A stretch of 64,000 nucleotides of DNA from Bacteroidales bacterium (GCA_031323845.1 JAVIYP010000001.1:26748-90747), one strand, 5' to 3'; positions 10,047 through 19,504 are shown, counted from the stretch's first letter. Program-made: numbers and translations. The notes: generated by a model from the sequence alone, not told the origin.

Positions 10047-10402
10047 ATGTACATGAATTTTTTTTCATGCGAAAATACACACAGACGCATGAACCGGCGA
10101 TATTGAAAATCCTGACCATTCGGCAACAGTTTTTTAACGCACAGGAGCATGATTATGGGAGGTCAGAGGTCGGAAGCTTGTTTCGAACGCAGTGAGAAAT
10201 CTGCCAGGAAGTCAGAAGTCAGAGGTTTGATGTATGAGGTTAGATGTTGGAAAGAAAGAAATAACTAAGCCCGTTCCTGACGTCAGAGCAAGCCACCAAG
10301 CCTGGAAGTGGTGCCTCATCTCCCGACTTTTGCCTGCAGGGCGTAAAGAGCTTTATTCCGGCCAAACAACCCCTCAACGAATAAACAATTAAACAATAAC
10401 CT

Positions 10403-10449
10403 GACATCTGCACATCTGCACATCTTCACATTTGCACATCTGACATCTG
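10403..10449. repeat. Tandem 8-bp repeat tract (CACATCTG family, about 6 units)
   Basis: Read directly: GACATCTG CACATCTG CACATCTT CACATTTG CACATCTG ACATCTG. Its reverse complement is near-identical in unit order to the tract at 29333-29377. Confidence 0.85.
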
Positions 10450-10641
10450 TTCAGCATCTTAGACATAAACACAAAACACAGATAATCAAACAGTAACGAA
10501 AGTGTCTTATATTTTGCGTTCTTTGCGAGAAACAGAATCGCAACACATTGAATCACAACATGCAAAAAATAAATAGATATCAAATAACCGGCAGATGCCT
10601 CTGTTAAATATGGCAGTGTGGAACGGAACTGCAGAAAATAC

Positions 10642-10649
10642 TAACTTTG
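10642..10649 (+). promoter_or_regulatory. Bacteroidota-type -7 promoter box (TAnnTTTG)
   Basis: TAACTTTG lies 37 nt upstream of the ATG at 10687. Confidence 0.35.
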
Positions 10650-10686
10650 CCTGTGATTCTATGTACTTCAAACCACTGCCGGCGCT

Positions 10687-12483
10687 ATGCGTATTCTGAT
10701 TGCCGCCATCTTTGTGTTCTTCTGCACCACTTTGATGGCTGCACCCGATCCTGGCTCACGATCCATTAGGCTTCTTGCGGAGCAGAAGTTTGTTTTTGAC
10801 CCATATCCGGGCCCACATGCACGCTCAGTGAATGAGATTCTTCAGACCATTGCTGAAGGCTCGGGCAAACTGCGCTCCTTCACATCCTACACCTTGCATA
10901 TGCAGATTGATGTCATTATCGAGGAATTGTCCGAACATACATACCGTTTGATGGTAAACCGTGGAACAGCCTCAGTAAGCGGTGATAAGTTTTATCGCGA
11001 CTTTAGCCTGGAACATGTGCTGTTGCCTGATAAGGCAGACCTGACCATCATTGTTGAGACGGCTTCAGGTGACCTTGTACACGAAGAGTGGAGCTATGCT
11101 GTTGACCTTTCAGAAAATGAAGGCAGGTTGTTTGAGTCATCCTTTTATTTTGCTGATGACCTGTCGCAGTTATCGGTTCGCTTGCCCCGTTATTTTTTCT
11201 ATTATGATGGCAGAATGCTTGATCGTTTTGAACGCTGGACAGGTGCTTTGGAATCGTATTACGCTGCTGGAGCCATGCTGCAGCAAATAGATGCTCTTAT
11301 TGAAGGACTTTCTGCTGAGGATGCGGAAAAGATCCTTCTGGATGAATTCAGGCTTTGTGAAGCGGAAGCCATTCTGGGCGGAATCAGGTATGCAGAATTT
11401 CATGAGTGGTTTGATATTCAGGACAGTGATCCTGAAGGCGTGTTTTATGCATACGAACAAAGCTCCCGCAAATTGAGACAGCTAAGGCTTGACTTTAATT
11501 TTTCCATTGCTCATCTTGACTCACTCTTATTCCGGAAAGGAATGGTAATGGCTGGTGACACCTGTCTCGCAGCAGGGCAACATCTGTTCTTGTCAGCCAT
11601 TTCCTTTAACCCGGTGCACATACCTTCGCACCTGGCCCTGGCACAAATAGAGCTGGAACGCAGGGACAGTCTGGCGGCACTGAAACGCCTTGGCGATGTC
11701 TACGAAGCCATGTACCCGTCAGGAAGCATCAAAGCAGAAGCCGACCTGATGGCTGATTCTTTGCTTACTTTGTTCTATGATGGTTCATGGAACCTTATTA
11801 TTGACAACAGGCACACTGAATCACTGGCGGCATTGCATCATGTTCAGGATTTTTGCAGGCGCTCAGATGGGCAGTATCGCTGTTCGCCATTGTTCAATTT
11901 GTTGCAAAGGCTGTCGCACCGTGGAGTTTACAGGTCTTTCCTGCAGGTATCGGAGAGGGCTCTCAGAAATGATAATTTAGCGCTTGCACGTACTTATCTT
12001 GAAAGCGCCATGGCATACCAGGAAGCCCATCAGTCATACATACCAAACCATACAGAAGCTACGGTTTTATTGAACCGAGTCTTTACCCGCAGCCGTATTT
12101 TATTTGAAATTTACTCATTTAAGGATGAATCTGAGCAGGCGGCAGGCTATTTAAACGCTGCCCGTGAGCTGGCTCAGAGACATGAAGTCTTATTCGACTT
12201 TGTCCGGGCTTCCGGACAGCCTGATCTCATAAAAACGGCGGTCATTAACTATGCTGTTATTGGTTTGCCCGACCAGAGTATTCTGATGCTTGATCTGTTG
12301 AGGCGCAGGAGGCTGCCGGCCGGAAGCCTGCGATATCATCAAAGCCTGGCTGGCACAGCTGCAGCCGGGAAATATTCGGCATCCGATCTGGGCATTGAGC
12401 AAAGGACCTTGTTCCGTGATATCGACCTCAACGATGAATGGTTCACTGACTTCAGGCAGGCTTTTTACGATCATCTTCAATAG
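10687..12483 (+). CDS. Hypothetical secreted protein, predominantly helical (TPR-like appearance)
   Basis: 598-aa ORF with a signal-peptide-like N-terminus (MRILIAAIFVFFCTTLMAAPDP). I recognise no family. Its length and the absence of a competing ORF support coding. Confidence 0.6.
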   Translation: MRILIAAIFVFFCTTLMAAPDPGSRSIRLLAEQKFVFDPYPGPHARSVNEILQTIAEGSGKLRSFTSYTLHMQIDVIIEELSEHTYRLMVNRGTASVSGDKFYRDFSLEHVLLPDKADLTIIVETASGDLVHEEWSYAVDLSENEGRLFESSFYFADDLSQLSVRLPRYFFYYDGRMLDRFERWTGALESYYAAGAMLQQIDALIEGLSAEDAEKILLDEFRLCEAEAILGGIRYAEFHEWFDIQDSDPEGVFYAYEQSSRKLRQLRLDFNFSIAHLDSLLFRKGMVMAGDTCLAAGQHLFLSAISFNPVHIPSHLALAQIELERRDSLAALKRLGDVYEAMYPSGSIKAEADLMADSLLTLFYDGSWNLIIDNRHTESLAALHHVQDFCRRSDGQYRCSPLFNLLQRLSHRGVYRSFLQVSERALRNDNLALARTYLESAMAYQEAHQSYIPNHTEATVLLNRVFTRSRILFEIYSFKDESEQAAGYLNAARELAQRHEVLFDFVRASGQPDLIKTAVINYAVIGLPDQSILMLDLLRRRRLPAGSLRYHQSLAGTAAAGKYSASDLGIEQRTLFRDIDLNDEWFTDFRQAFYDHLQ

Positions 12484-13352
12484 ACAGTAAAATCATGTCT
12501 TGCTAAACTGTCGATGATCAGCATCATCATTACACAAAGATATACCATGTTTAATACGGTAAATGCCTGTCCGATGGCTTTATGACGATCGTTTCGCAGC
12601 CATGTTCCGAAATAAACCAGCAGGGCAAGTGCCAGTATCATATTGATAATGCTGGTGGTTTTTAAGAAAAAAACTCCTGCAATGCTCAACATTACTGCTG
12701 CAATGGCTGTACATGTCACCCAGGTAAAGGTAAGCGCATTGATCTGTTGTCTGTTGAACAGTTTTCCCAGCGAAATAAAACCGGCATCTTCATATTCATC
12801 ATTATAGCGCAGCAATATCAGCCATGTGTGTGGTATCTGACCTATAAAGAAGAACATGGCGACCATGAGGATATGCAGATGCGGAATCGGTCCACCTGCG
12901 CTTATCCAGCCTATTACCGGAGGTATAGCGCCAACGAGGGAACCGGGCAGTACAGCGAACAAGGTGTGGGGTTTAAGTCGGGTGTACAGCAGGTTATACA
13001 GAATCAGGTTGGAGAGTCCCAGTGCCAGTGCAGGCAGGTCCCCGGCCAGCCAAAGCAGCAGAGCGCCTGCTGGTGCAGTGATCAAAATGGCAGCCAGGGC
13101 CTCAGACGGCGTGAGCTTTCCTGAAGGCAATGGACGTTTCCTGGTTCGGGCCATCCTGGCATCGATGGTTCTTTCCTGGAGCTGGTTCAGGCAGGCTGAA
13201 GAATAAGCCAGTAAAAATATTCCGGTGAACAAAGGCAGCCAGCCCTTGCTGAATTCACCGCTGTAAAGCAGGTAACCGCTTAGGGCAGAGATGCTGACAG
13301 CAATGGTGATGAAGGGTTTTCCCAGTAAGACGAAAGCCTTGAACCTCTGCAT
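12477..13352 (-). CDS. ctaB: Protohaem IX farnesyltransferase (haem O synthase)
   Basis: 291 aa, polytopic, with the UbiA-family motif NQLQERTIDARMARTRKRPLPSG. It is the last gene of the oxidase cluster. Confidence 0.85.
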   Translation of the reverse strand: MQRFKAFVLLGKPFITIAVSISALSGYLLYSGEFSKGWLPLFTGIFLLAYSSACLNQLQERTIDARMARTRKRPLPSGKLTPSEALAAILITAPAGALLLWLAGDLPALALGLSNLILYNLLYTRLKPHTLFAVLPGSLVGAIPPVIGWISAGGPIPHLHILMVAMFFFIGQIPHTWLILLRYNDEYEDAGFISLGKLFNRQQINALTFTWVTCTAIAAVMLSIAGVFFLKTTSIINMILALALLVYFGTWLRNDRHKAIGQAFTVLNMVYLCVMMMLIIDSLARHDFTVY

Positions 13353-13362
13353 GTAAACAAAC

Positions 13363-14307
13363 TTACGGATTCAGCGACTCAAGAAAGGTTACGATGAGTT
13401 CAATCTCCTGTTCGGATATTTCACCCTCGTAACTGAGCATTTGTCCTCTTCTGAATCCCACGGTGATGTCGTAATCGGGGTCATAGATGGAGCGCCTGAC
13501 ATATTCTGCGTCATAAACGACTTCTCTCTCTTCACCGGCGGTAATCACCCGGATCGTCTCACCGAAACGGCCGCGGAAGGTCGGTCCGATCACAGTCCGG
13601 CCATCCAGCGAATGGCAGGCAATACACCCTTTACTTTCCACGATCTGCCTTCCCAGCAAAACAGGATCGGCATCATCTGGAACCACAAAGGTAACAGCCG
13701 TCGTGTCAGCATACCACTCCCAGAAATCTTCCGGTTCCATGACCACAAGGTCGGTATACATCAGGGAGTGCTGCAATCCGCAATATTCGGCACAATACAC
13801 GGTATACGTGCCAACATTTTTGGCCTGGAACCACATCCGGTTGTTGGGCAAACCAGGGACCATGTCCTCCTTGACCCGGAATGCAGGGATGTACAGGGAG
13901 TGCAGCACATCCAGCGCATTGAGGTTGAGAATGATGGCCGTGTCTTTGGGCACATAAAGCTTGTCTGTGACCCGCCCGTTTTCATAGGTAAAGGAAAAAC
14001 TCCACATCCTCGCATTGGCCGTAATGGTTACGCCCTGATCGGGTATTCTTTTCAAGGGAATCCATCCTACATACCCGTAATAAAACATACCAATGACCAG
14101 CAGTAGCGGGATGACCGTCCAGATGACTTCCAGTTTGTTGTTCCCTTCAATATGGGTAGGAACGGGATTGCGCTTTTTGTGGTATCTGAACAAAAAATAG
14201 ATGATGACACCGGTGATGCTTATCAGGAAGAAGAAAGCAATCCCAAGGATGAAGATGAAGGCATTGTCGACACCTTCTACGAATGTTGATGCGCCTAATG
14301 GGTACAT
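13363..14307 (-). CDS. ctaC: Cytochrome c oxidase subunit II with fused C-terminal cytochrome c domain (caa3-type)
   Basis: 314 aa with two N-terminal TM helices. The CuA site reads HSLYIP...CAEYCGLQHSLM. The C-terminal domain carries CIACHS (CxxCH). Confidence 0.9.
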   Translation of the reverse strand: MYPLGASTFVEGVDNAFIFILGIAFFFLISITGVIIYFLFRYHKKRNPVPTHIEGNNKLEVIWTVIPLLLVIGMFYYGYVGWIPLKRIPDQGVTITANARMWSFSFTYENGRVTDKLYVPKDTAIILNLNALDVLHSLYIPAFRVKEDMVPGLPNNRMWFQAKNVGTYTVYCAEYCGLQHSLMYTDLVVMEPEDFWEWYADTTAVTFVVPDDADPVLLGRQIVESKGCIACHSLDGRTVIGPTFRGRFGETIRVITAGEEREVVYDAEYVRRSIYDPDYDITVGFRRGQMLSYEGEISEQEIELIVTFLESLNP

Positions 14308-14316
14308 ATGTTTGTG

Positions 14317-14601
14317 TTATCTGTATGAATAATCAAAAAAGGTTACGAACAAAACCAGCAGGAGTATGACCAGCACGCCGGCTACCATGAGCGGCAACAG
14401 TTTCTTTTCATATTTCAGGTGCATGAACCAGGCCATGACGATCAAGGACTTGGTGCCGGCAAGAAGCATAGCAGCCAAAGTATTATAGCTGCCAAACTCA
14501 AGCTGGGTCACCGCAACACTCACTGCGGTAAGCACGAGCAGGGCAATGAGCACCAGTATCTGGGTTTTGTAAGGTACGATATGTGTTTTTTCTTCGCTCA
14601 T
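14317..14601 (-). CDS. Cytochrome c oxidase subunit IV (prokaryotic COX4 family)
   Basis: 94 aa with three TM helices. The pattern HIVPYKT...AWFMHLKYEKK is typical of bacterial subunit IV, and the gene sits between subunits III and II. Confidence 0.8.
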   Translation of the reverse strand: MSEEKTHIVPYKTQILVLIALLVLTAVSVAVTQLEFGSYNTLAAMLLAGTKSLIVMAWFMHLKYEKKLLPLMVAGVLVILLLVLFVTFFDYSYR

Positions 14602-14613
14602 ATCAGTATGTGT

Positions 14614-15210
14614 TTAATGAATGAGATAAAATAGCGGAAACAGGAAAATCCAGATCAGGTCAACCAGGTGCCAGTATAGTCCTGTGTTTTCGAGCCATAC
14701 GTAATCGCCCTGGGTGATCTTGTCGTTTTTCATCTGTACCATTACATATACAAACAGGCCGATACCGATCAGTATGTGCAGGGCGTGGATGCCCGTCATA
14801 AAGAAATAGAGCCCGAAAAAGAGTATGGTGCCAAAGCCGAGTTCGTGGAGGCTTTCGCTGCCGGGATAAAAACCGTATTCGATTTTAGCACCCCATTCAA
14901 AGTATTTGTTTACCAGGAAGACGACAGCCAGGAGGAGGGTGACCGTCAGGAGCTGGAGGCTTCGTTTCTTATCTCCTTTTTGTATTGCGGTTATGGACAT
15001 GGCCACGGTAAGGCTGCTGATCAGCAGGATTACGGTATTTATGGTTCCGATGACCACATCCAGTTCTTCTCCTGCCAGGCGAAATGCCTCGGGGTGCATC
15101 GATCGGTACACCGCATAAACCACGAACAGCATTCCAAAGAGCAGCAGCTCAGTAAAGATGAACAGCCACATCCCGAATTTGTCAGCGAAATCGTCACGAT
15201 GAAGAGTCAT
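14614..15210 (-). CDS. ctaE: Cytochrome c oxidase subunit III
   Basis: 198 aa, about five TM helices. Contains FGMWLFIFTELLLFGMLF and HALHILIG...WHLVDLIWIFLFPLFYL, characteristic of haem-copper oxidase subunit III. Confidence 0.85.
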   Translation of the reverse strand: MTLHRDDFADKFGMWLFIFTELLLFGMLFVVYAVYRSMHPEAFRLAGEELDVVIGTINTVILLISSLTVAMSITAIQKGDKKRSLQLLTVTLLLAVVFLVNKYFEWGAKIEYGFYPGSESLHELGFGTILFFGLYFFMTGIHALHILIGIGLFVYVMVQMKNDKITQGDYVWLENTGLYWHLVDLIWIFLFPLFYLIH

Positions 15211-15221
15211 AGCATTGGTTG

Positions 15222-16856
15222 TTATTGGTTGTTACTCGCTGCATAGTCAGAATAATCGTAAGGCGCTTTATCCACCACCGGTATTTCCTCAAAGTTTTCG
15301 AGGGTTGGAGGGGTGTCGACCTGCCATTCCAGTGTTTTGCCTCCCCAGGGGTTTTTCTCGCTGGTTTTTTCTCCGTGCCGGGCCGACCGAATAAGGTTAA
15401 TAAAGATGATAAGGGCACCGGCAATCATGACCCATGCGCCAAGTGACGACAGTATATTGGCGCTATGGAACTCCGGCAGATAGTCGTAATAGCGACGGGG
15501 CATGCCCATCATTCCCAGGGCAAACATAGGCAGGTACAGGGCAAGGAAGCCGATAAAGAAGATACCCCATCCCATATTGGCCCAGTTATGGTCGTACTTC
15601 CTGCCGAATATTTTCGGGAACCAGTAATGCAGGGCGGCCATAAAGGCATAGCCGGTACCACCGAAAACAATGAAGTGGAAGTGTGCTACCACAAAATGCG
15701 TGTCGTGCAGGTGGACGTTGGTGGCCAGTGCACCGAGTACCAGGCCGGTCAATCCGCCTATCATAAAAACAAAAAGAAAGGAAACTGACCAGAAGAACGG
15801 AGTCTCCATGTGCAATGAACCCTTATACATGGTCGACACCCAGTTAAACACTTTTATGGCCGACGGGATTGCCACCAGGAAGGTCAGAAAGGAGAACGTC
15901 ATCAGCGCACGGCCGCTCATTCCGGAAGTAAACATGTGATGACCCCACACGAAGTACCCCACAAATGCAATGGCCATGGTTGAAAGTACGATGGCTCTGT
16001 ACCCGAAAATGCTTTTCCTGGAGAACACAGGTATGATTTCGCTGATCACTCCCATAGCGGGCAATATCATGATATAGACGGCTGGATGAGAATAAATCCA
16101 GAAGAGGTGCTGGTACAGTATGGGGTCGCCGCCAAGTGCGGGATCAAAGAAGCCTATACCCATCACTCTTTCGGCAATAATCAACAGCAATGTGATGCCG
16201 ATGACAGGCGTGGCCAGGATCTGTATCCATGCAGTGCCGTAGAGTGTCCATGGAAACAGGGGCATTTTTAACCATTTCATGCCCGGCGCACGCAGGCGGT
16301 GGATTGTAACCACAAAATTGATGCCGGTTAAGATGGAAGAAAAGCCCATCACAAAGGCACCCGTAACTGCCGGCAGTACGTTGGTCGGCGTTTGAAAACT
16401 ATACGGGGCATAAAAAGTCCAGCCCGTATCGGGTGGTCCGCCTCCTGTAAACTGGGAGGTTAGCACAATGAGGATACCAATGATGTAAAGCCACCACGAA
16501 AGCAGGTTAATGCGTGGAAATGCCACATCTTTTGCTCCGATCATGATCGGAAGGAAAAAGTTGCCGAACACCGCAGGCAACCCGGGCACAACGATGATAA
16601 AGATCATGATGATGCCATGCAGGGTAAAAAGGCTGTTGTAGGTTTGCGGCCCCATAATGGTATGTCCCGGGGCGATAAGCTGTGTTTTCATAAGCAAGCC
16701 GAGTATGGCTGCTATGGAAAAGAAAAACAGCATGGTGTAAAGATACAGCAACCCGATCCGTTTGTGATCGGTCGAAAATATCCAGCCCGCAATACCTTTA
16801 TAACGCCCCCGGTATTCCAGATAGCTGGGTTGTTGTTCTGTATGGGTTTGTGACAT
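15222..16856 (-). CDS. ctaD: Cytochrome c oxidase subunit I
   Basis: 544 aa. Contains STDHKRIGLLY, WFFGHP-like LFWIYSHPAVYIMILP and HDTHFVVAHFHFIVFGG, the haem-copper oxidase subunit I signatures. Confidence 0.95.
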   Translation of the reverse strand: MSQTHTEQQPSYLEYRGRYKGIAGWIFSTDHKRIGLLYLYTMLFFFSIAAILGLLMKTQLIAPGHTIMGPQTYNSLFTLHGIIMIFIIVVPGLPAVFGNFFLPIMIGAKDVAFPRINLLSWWLYIIGILIVLTSQFTGGGPPDTGWTFYAPYSFQTPTNVLPAVTGAFVMGFSSILTGINFVVTIHRLRAPGMKWLKMPLFPWTLYGTAWIQILATPVIGITLLLIIAERVMGIGFFDPALGGDPILYQHLFWIYSHPAVYIMILPAMGVISEIIPVFSRKSIFGYRAIVLSTMAIAFVGYFVWGHHMFTSGMSGRALMTFSFLTFLVAIPSAIKVFNWVSTMYKGSLHMETPFFWSVSFLFVFMIGGLTGLVLGALATNVHLHDTHFVVAHFHFIVFGGTGYAFMAALHYWFPKIFGRKYDHNWANMGWGIFFIGFLALYLPMFALGMMGMPRRYYDYLPEFHSANILSSLGAWVMIAGALIIFINLIRSARHGEKTSEKNPWGGKTLEWQVDTPPTLENFEEIPVVDKAPYDYSDYAASNNQ

Positions 16857-16878
16857 AGTCCTGATTTAAAATAAGTGA

Positions 16879-17670
16879 TTAGGTATGTTTCCTTTTAGGT
16901 TTGAATATGATCAGCCCGCCAAAAATGAGCAGGGCAAAGAATAAAATCAGCGTGCCGGCAATTTTGGTAAGGTTCAGCACATAACGCTGCCCCTCGGGAT
17001 CATATGAAAAGCAGTAGGCCAGCACCCTGCTGAAGGAAGGTCCAGAACGGCCTGCTGCTGTCTCTATGACAGCCATTTTCAGGTCGATGGGCAAAAAATA
17101 GGTCCCATGCAGGTACCTTGTGATCTTCCCTTCTTCAGAGACGAAAATCATGGCAGCGGTATGCAGGAAGTCGAGACCCGCGCGTTTATACCGGAAACCA
17201 ACGGCGTCGGTCAGCCTTGCCGCATTCAGGCTGTCGGTGACAAAAAACTGCCAACCGTCGGGGTTGATCTCCCTGGTCAGAAGGTTGAAATAATTGTTCC
17301 TGTTGTTATGAGCCAGTTCCGGGCCTTCACGGGGGTCGAAACTGATGTTCAGTATCTGAAAATCCTTGCCCGGCTCCAGGTCCGAACGTGATATCACATC
17401 GGCCATGGCGCCCATGAACGGACTGCAAATGCCCGGACAGCGATAATACACCAGGGCGATCACAGTTGGTTTATCGAGAAAGTCATACAGCCTGACATTT
17501 TCACCGCTGGTATTGATCAGCATGATGTCATCCGAAATGTACTCATCCAGGCGCTCTTCAATGCCAATCTCTGTGGTGCCGGTCTGATACCTGGGTTGTA
17601 AAGCCTGCGCCTGCAAATGATGAGGCAATAATGCTAATACACTGATACTAATTAGAAAGGTTTTATTCAT
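16879..17670 (-). CDS. SCO1/SenC-family copper chaperone
   Basis: 263 aa with a thioredoxin-like fold and the CPGICSP (CxxxC) copper site. It has an N-terminal signal-like segment and a C-terminal hydrophobic helix (AGTLILFFALLIFGGLIIF). Confidence 0.85.
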   Translation of the reverse strand: MNKTFLISISVLALLPHHLQAQALQPRYQTGTTEIGIEERLDEYISDDIMLINTSGENVRLYDFLDKPTVIALVYYRCPGICSPFMGAMADVISRSDLEPGKDFQILNISFDPREGPELAHNNRNNYFNLLTREINPDGWQFFVTDSLNAARLTDAVGFRYKRAGLDFLHTAAMIFVSEEGKITRYLHGTYFLPIDLKMAVIETAAGRSGPSFSRVLAYCFSYDPEGQRYVLNLTKIAGTLILFFALLIFGGLIIFKPKRKHT

Positions 17671-17733
17671 TGATGGTTCCTATTGGTTGTTAACTTTCAT
17701 GCATTTTTCATGCTGTATAAAGTTACGCATAAA

Positions 17734-18894
17734 TTACAGATGGTGATGCTTGCTTTCTTCAAGCTGGGGATGGTTAACCGGAATCATGGGGGCTTTTTCC
17801 AGCCGTGACGACACCATGAACAAAAACAATCCGGTAAACCCCAGCCATGAGCCTGCTTCCACAATGCCCGGCTGAATGTTGCCCGCACTGCCTGGCATGA
17901 TCTGCAGATAGAGGCTGATCCACAAACCAAAGACCAGCAACAGGCTGACGGTAATCATCAGGATCTTGTTTCTGCCCGCAACATCCGACATCATTAAAAC
18001 ACATGGAATGGCAAAATTAATAAGAGGCTCGGCATAAAAAAGAATGCGCCATTCGCCCAGGAAACGAGGATAATAATAGGCTGTCATCTCTGGTATATTT
18101 GCGTACCAGATGATCAGGAACTGCATGAACCAGAGATAGCCCCACACAACGCTGAATCGGAAAAGGTAGCGTGCGAAATCGTGCCTGTGTGCCAGGTTCA
18201 GCTCACTGAAAAAGCCTTTCCTTCTCAACCACCAGATCATCAGTACAATTACGGCAACAGCGTAATAAATGCTGGTGACTGCAGCCCTGAATCCAAAAAG
18301 GGTGCTGTACCAATGTGCATCAATGGTCATGATCCAGTCGATGGCAGCGAGCGAAAAGAAAAAGGCTGCAACAAAAATGAACACTTTTGAATAATAGCGC
18401 AGCTTGTCGTGTGATAACAGGTTTGGTGCGGCATCTTCCTTTGCGGCATGGCGGCGCAAAATCATCATCAGGCTGATCCAGAGGCTAAAATAGATGATGA
18501 TGCGTATCATATAGAAGGGCACATTCAAAAAAGGTCTTTTGTGTGCTATAAGTTTATCAGCTTCAACGATGCCTGGTTGTGCCCATTTGTAGATATCAGG
18601 CAATCCGAAATACAGCAACAGCATCACCAGGGCTCCGGCAGGAAGCCAGGCTCCGAGTGCAAGGGGCAGTCTCTGAAACAGAGCCGACCATCCTGAATTG
18701 GTGACGTATTGCAGCGCAAAAAACAGGAGCGCCCCCATGGCAATGGTCAGGTAAAACATGTTGTTGAGCAGGATATTGGTCCATGCCTGTGCCGGTTCCG
18801 TAATAAAGCCGTACACCAGTGCGGCAATACCAATGACGATAAGCAGGGCTGCAACGGCCTTGAATCGTTTTGATGCTTTGTATGTATAGTCCAT
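17734..18894 (-). CDS. actF: Alternative Complex III subunit ActF (NrfD-like membrane subunit)
   Basis: 386-aa polytopic membrane protein directly after actE. Position and size match ActF of ACIII clusters. Confidence 0.75.
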   Translation of the reverse strand: MDYTYKASKRFKAVAALLIVIGIAALVYGFITEPAQAWTNILLNNMFYLTIAMGALLFFALQYVTNSGWSALFQRLPLALGAWLPAGALVMLLLYFGLPDIYKWAQPGIVEADKLIAHKRPFLNVPFYMIRIIIYFSLWISLMMILRRHAAKEDAAPNLLSHDKLRYYSKVFIFVAAFFFSLAAIDWIMTIDAHWYSTLFGFRAAVTSIYYAVAVIVLMIWWLRRKGFFSELNLAHRHDFARYLFRFSVVWGYLWFMQFLIIWYANIPEMTAYYYPRFLGEWRILFYAEPLINFAIPCVLMMSDVAGRNKILMITVSLLLVFGLWISLYLQIMPGSAGNIQPGIVEAGSWLGFTGLFLFMVSSRLEKAPMIPVNHPQLEESKHHHL

Positions 18895-18906
18895 ACTGAT
18901 ATAAAT

Positions 18907-19494
18907 TTACTGCGCTTGTACTATTTCTTGAATAAAACTGACGATCTTCCAGCGGTCGTCGGGTCGGATAAGGCTGGCATGCGGACCCATGACGCCCCAT
19001 CCGGCAGTGATCACATGATACAGTTCTCCTTCCGGTAACGACTTCACTTCATCGGATACCAGGGAGGTAGGAGGAATGACGTAAGCACCGCTGGTGAAGA
19101 GGTTGCCCATTCCATCGCCGGTGCGGCCATGGCAGTTTGCGCAAAAGATCTGATACAGGCTTTCGCCTTCTTCAAGCAGCCGTTCGGTGATCTTATGCGG
19201 ATTGCGCAGCTCTTTTCCTGCCGCTTCTCTGCCGTATGCATCAGCCGGATAGGCGTAAGGCATGATGTGTGTGGGAATGGTTCCCTCAACCGGTTTACGC
19301 ATGGTTTTGCCGTCTGCCATGGCAGGGTTTTCGCTATAGGTTTTATAGGCCGGGCCGTGCGCCATATCCGGAAAATATTCATAGCCCTTGTCCATGCGCG
19401 TTCTGTCGCATGAGCCAATTAGCAACACAAGAAGGCTGATGGTGATCAAACTCAGGAGGCGTGCCATGTTGGTACTGTTTTGTGATAAACGCAT
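18907..19494 (-). CDS. actE: Alternative Complex III subunit ActE (monohaem cytochrome c lipoprotein)
   Basis: 195 aa with a lipoprotein-type signal (LLIGSCDR) and a single CANCHG haem-c motif. It lies between actD and actF. Confidence 0.75.
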   Translation of the reverse strand: MRLSQNSTNMARLLSLITISLLVLLIGSCDRTRMDKGYEYFPDMAHGPAYKTYSENPAMADGKTMRKPVEGTIPTHIMPYAYPADAYGREAAGKELRNPHKITERLLEEGESLYQIFCANCHGRTGDGMGNLFTSGAYVIPPTSLVSDEVKSLPEGELYHVITAGWGVMGPHASLIRPDDRWKIVSFIQEIVQAQ

Positions 19495-19504
19495 ATCAAT
19501 AAAG

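Noticed and set aside
10160-10230. GGTCAGAGGTCGGAAG resembles the SRP (4.5S) RNA domain IV core AGGUCAGGUCCGGAAGGAAGC
   Set aside because: The sequence after the GGAA cannot pair back with the 5' side (GCUUG versus the required GACCU), so the conserved helix 8 cannot form. I judge it a coincidental resemblance.
10403-10449. Possible CRISPR array or CRISPR remnant (also 29333-29377)
   Set aside because: The period is only 8 bp with no spacers. No cas genes or leader are present, so this is not CRISPR architecture.
10389-10583. 64-aa Cys-rich ORF (…CQMCKCEDVQMCRCQ…) that could look like a small Cys-rich peptide
   Set aside because: The Cys-rich part is simply the translation of the TGCACATC octamer tract. 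There is no start context or signal peptide, so this is most likely a repeat artefact.
13441-14106. 221-aa antisense ORF inside coxII. Similar long shadow ORFs occur at 57628-58242, 56123-56728, 37565-38197, 61066-61644, 51893-52453, 19586-20146, 53576-54112 and 54224-54718.
   Set aside because: Each lies opposite to, or out of frame with, a gene carrying strong family motifs. None has motifs or plausible start contexts, so I treat them as frame shadows.
18596-19000. 134-aa ORF spanning the actE/actF junction
   Set aside because: It is out of frame with both well-supported act genes and consists of Arg/Ser/Tyr-rich shadow sequence.
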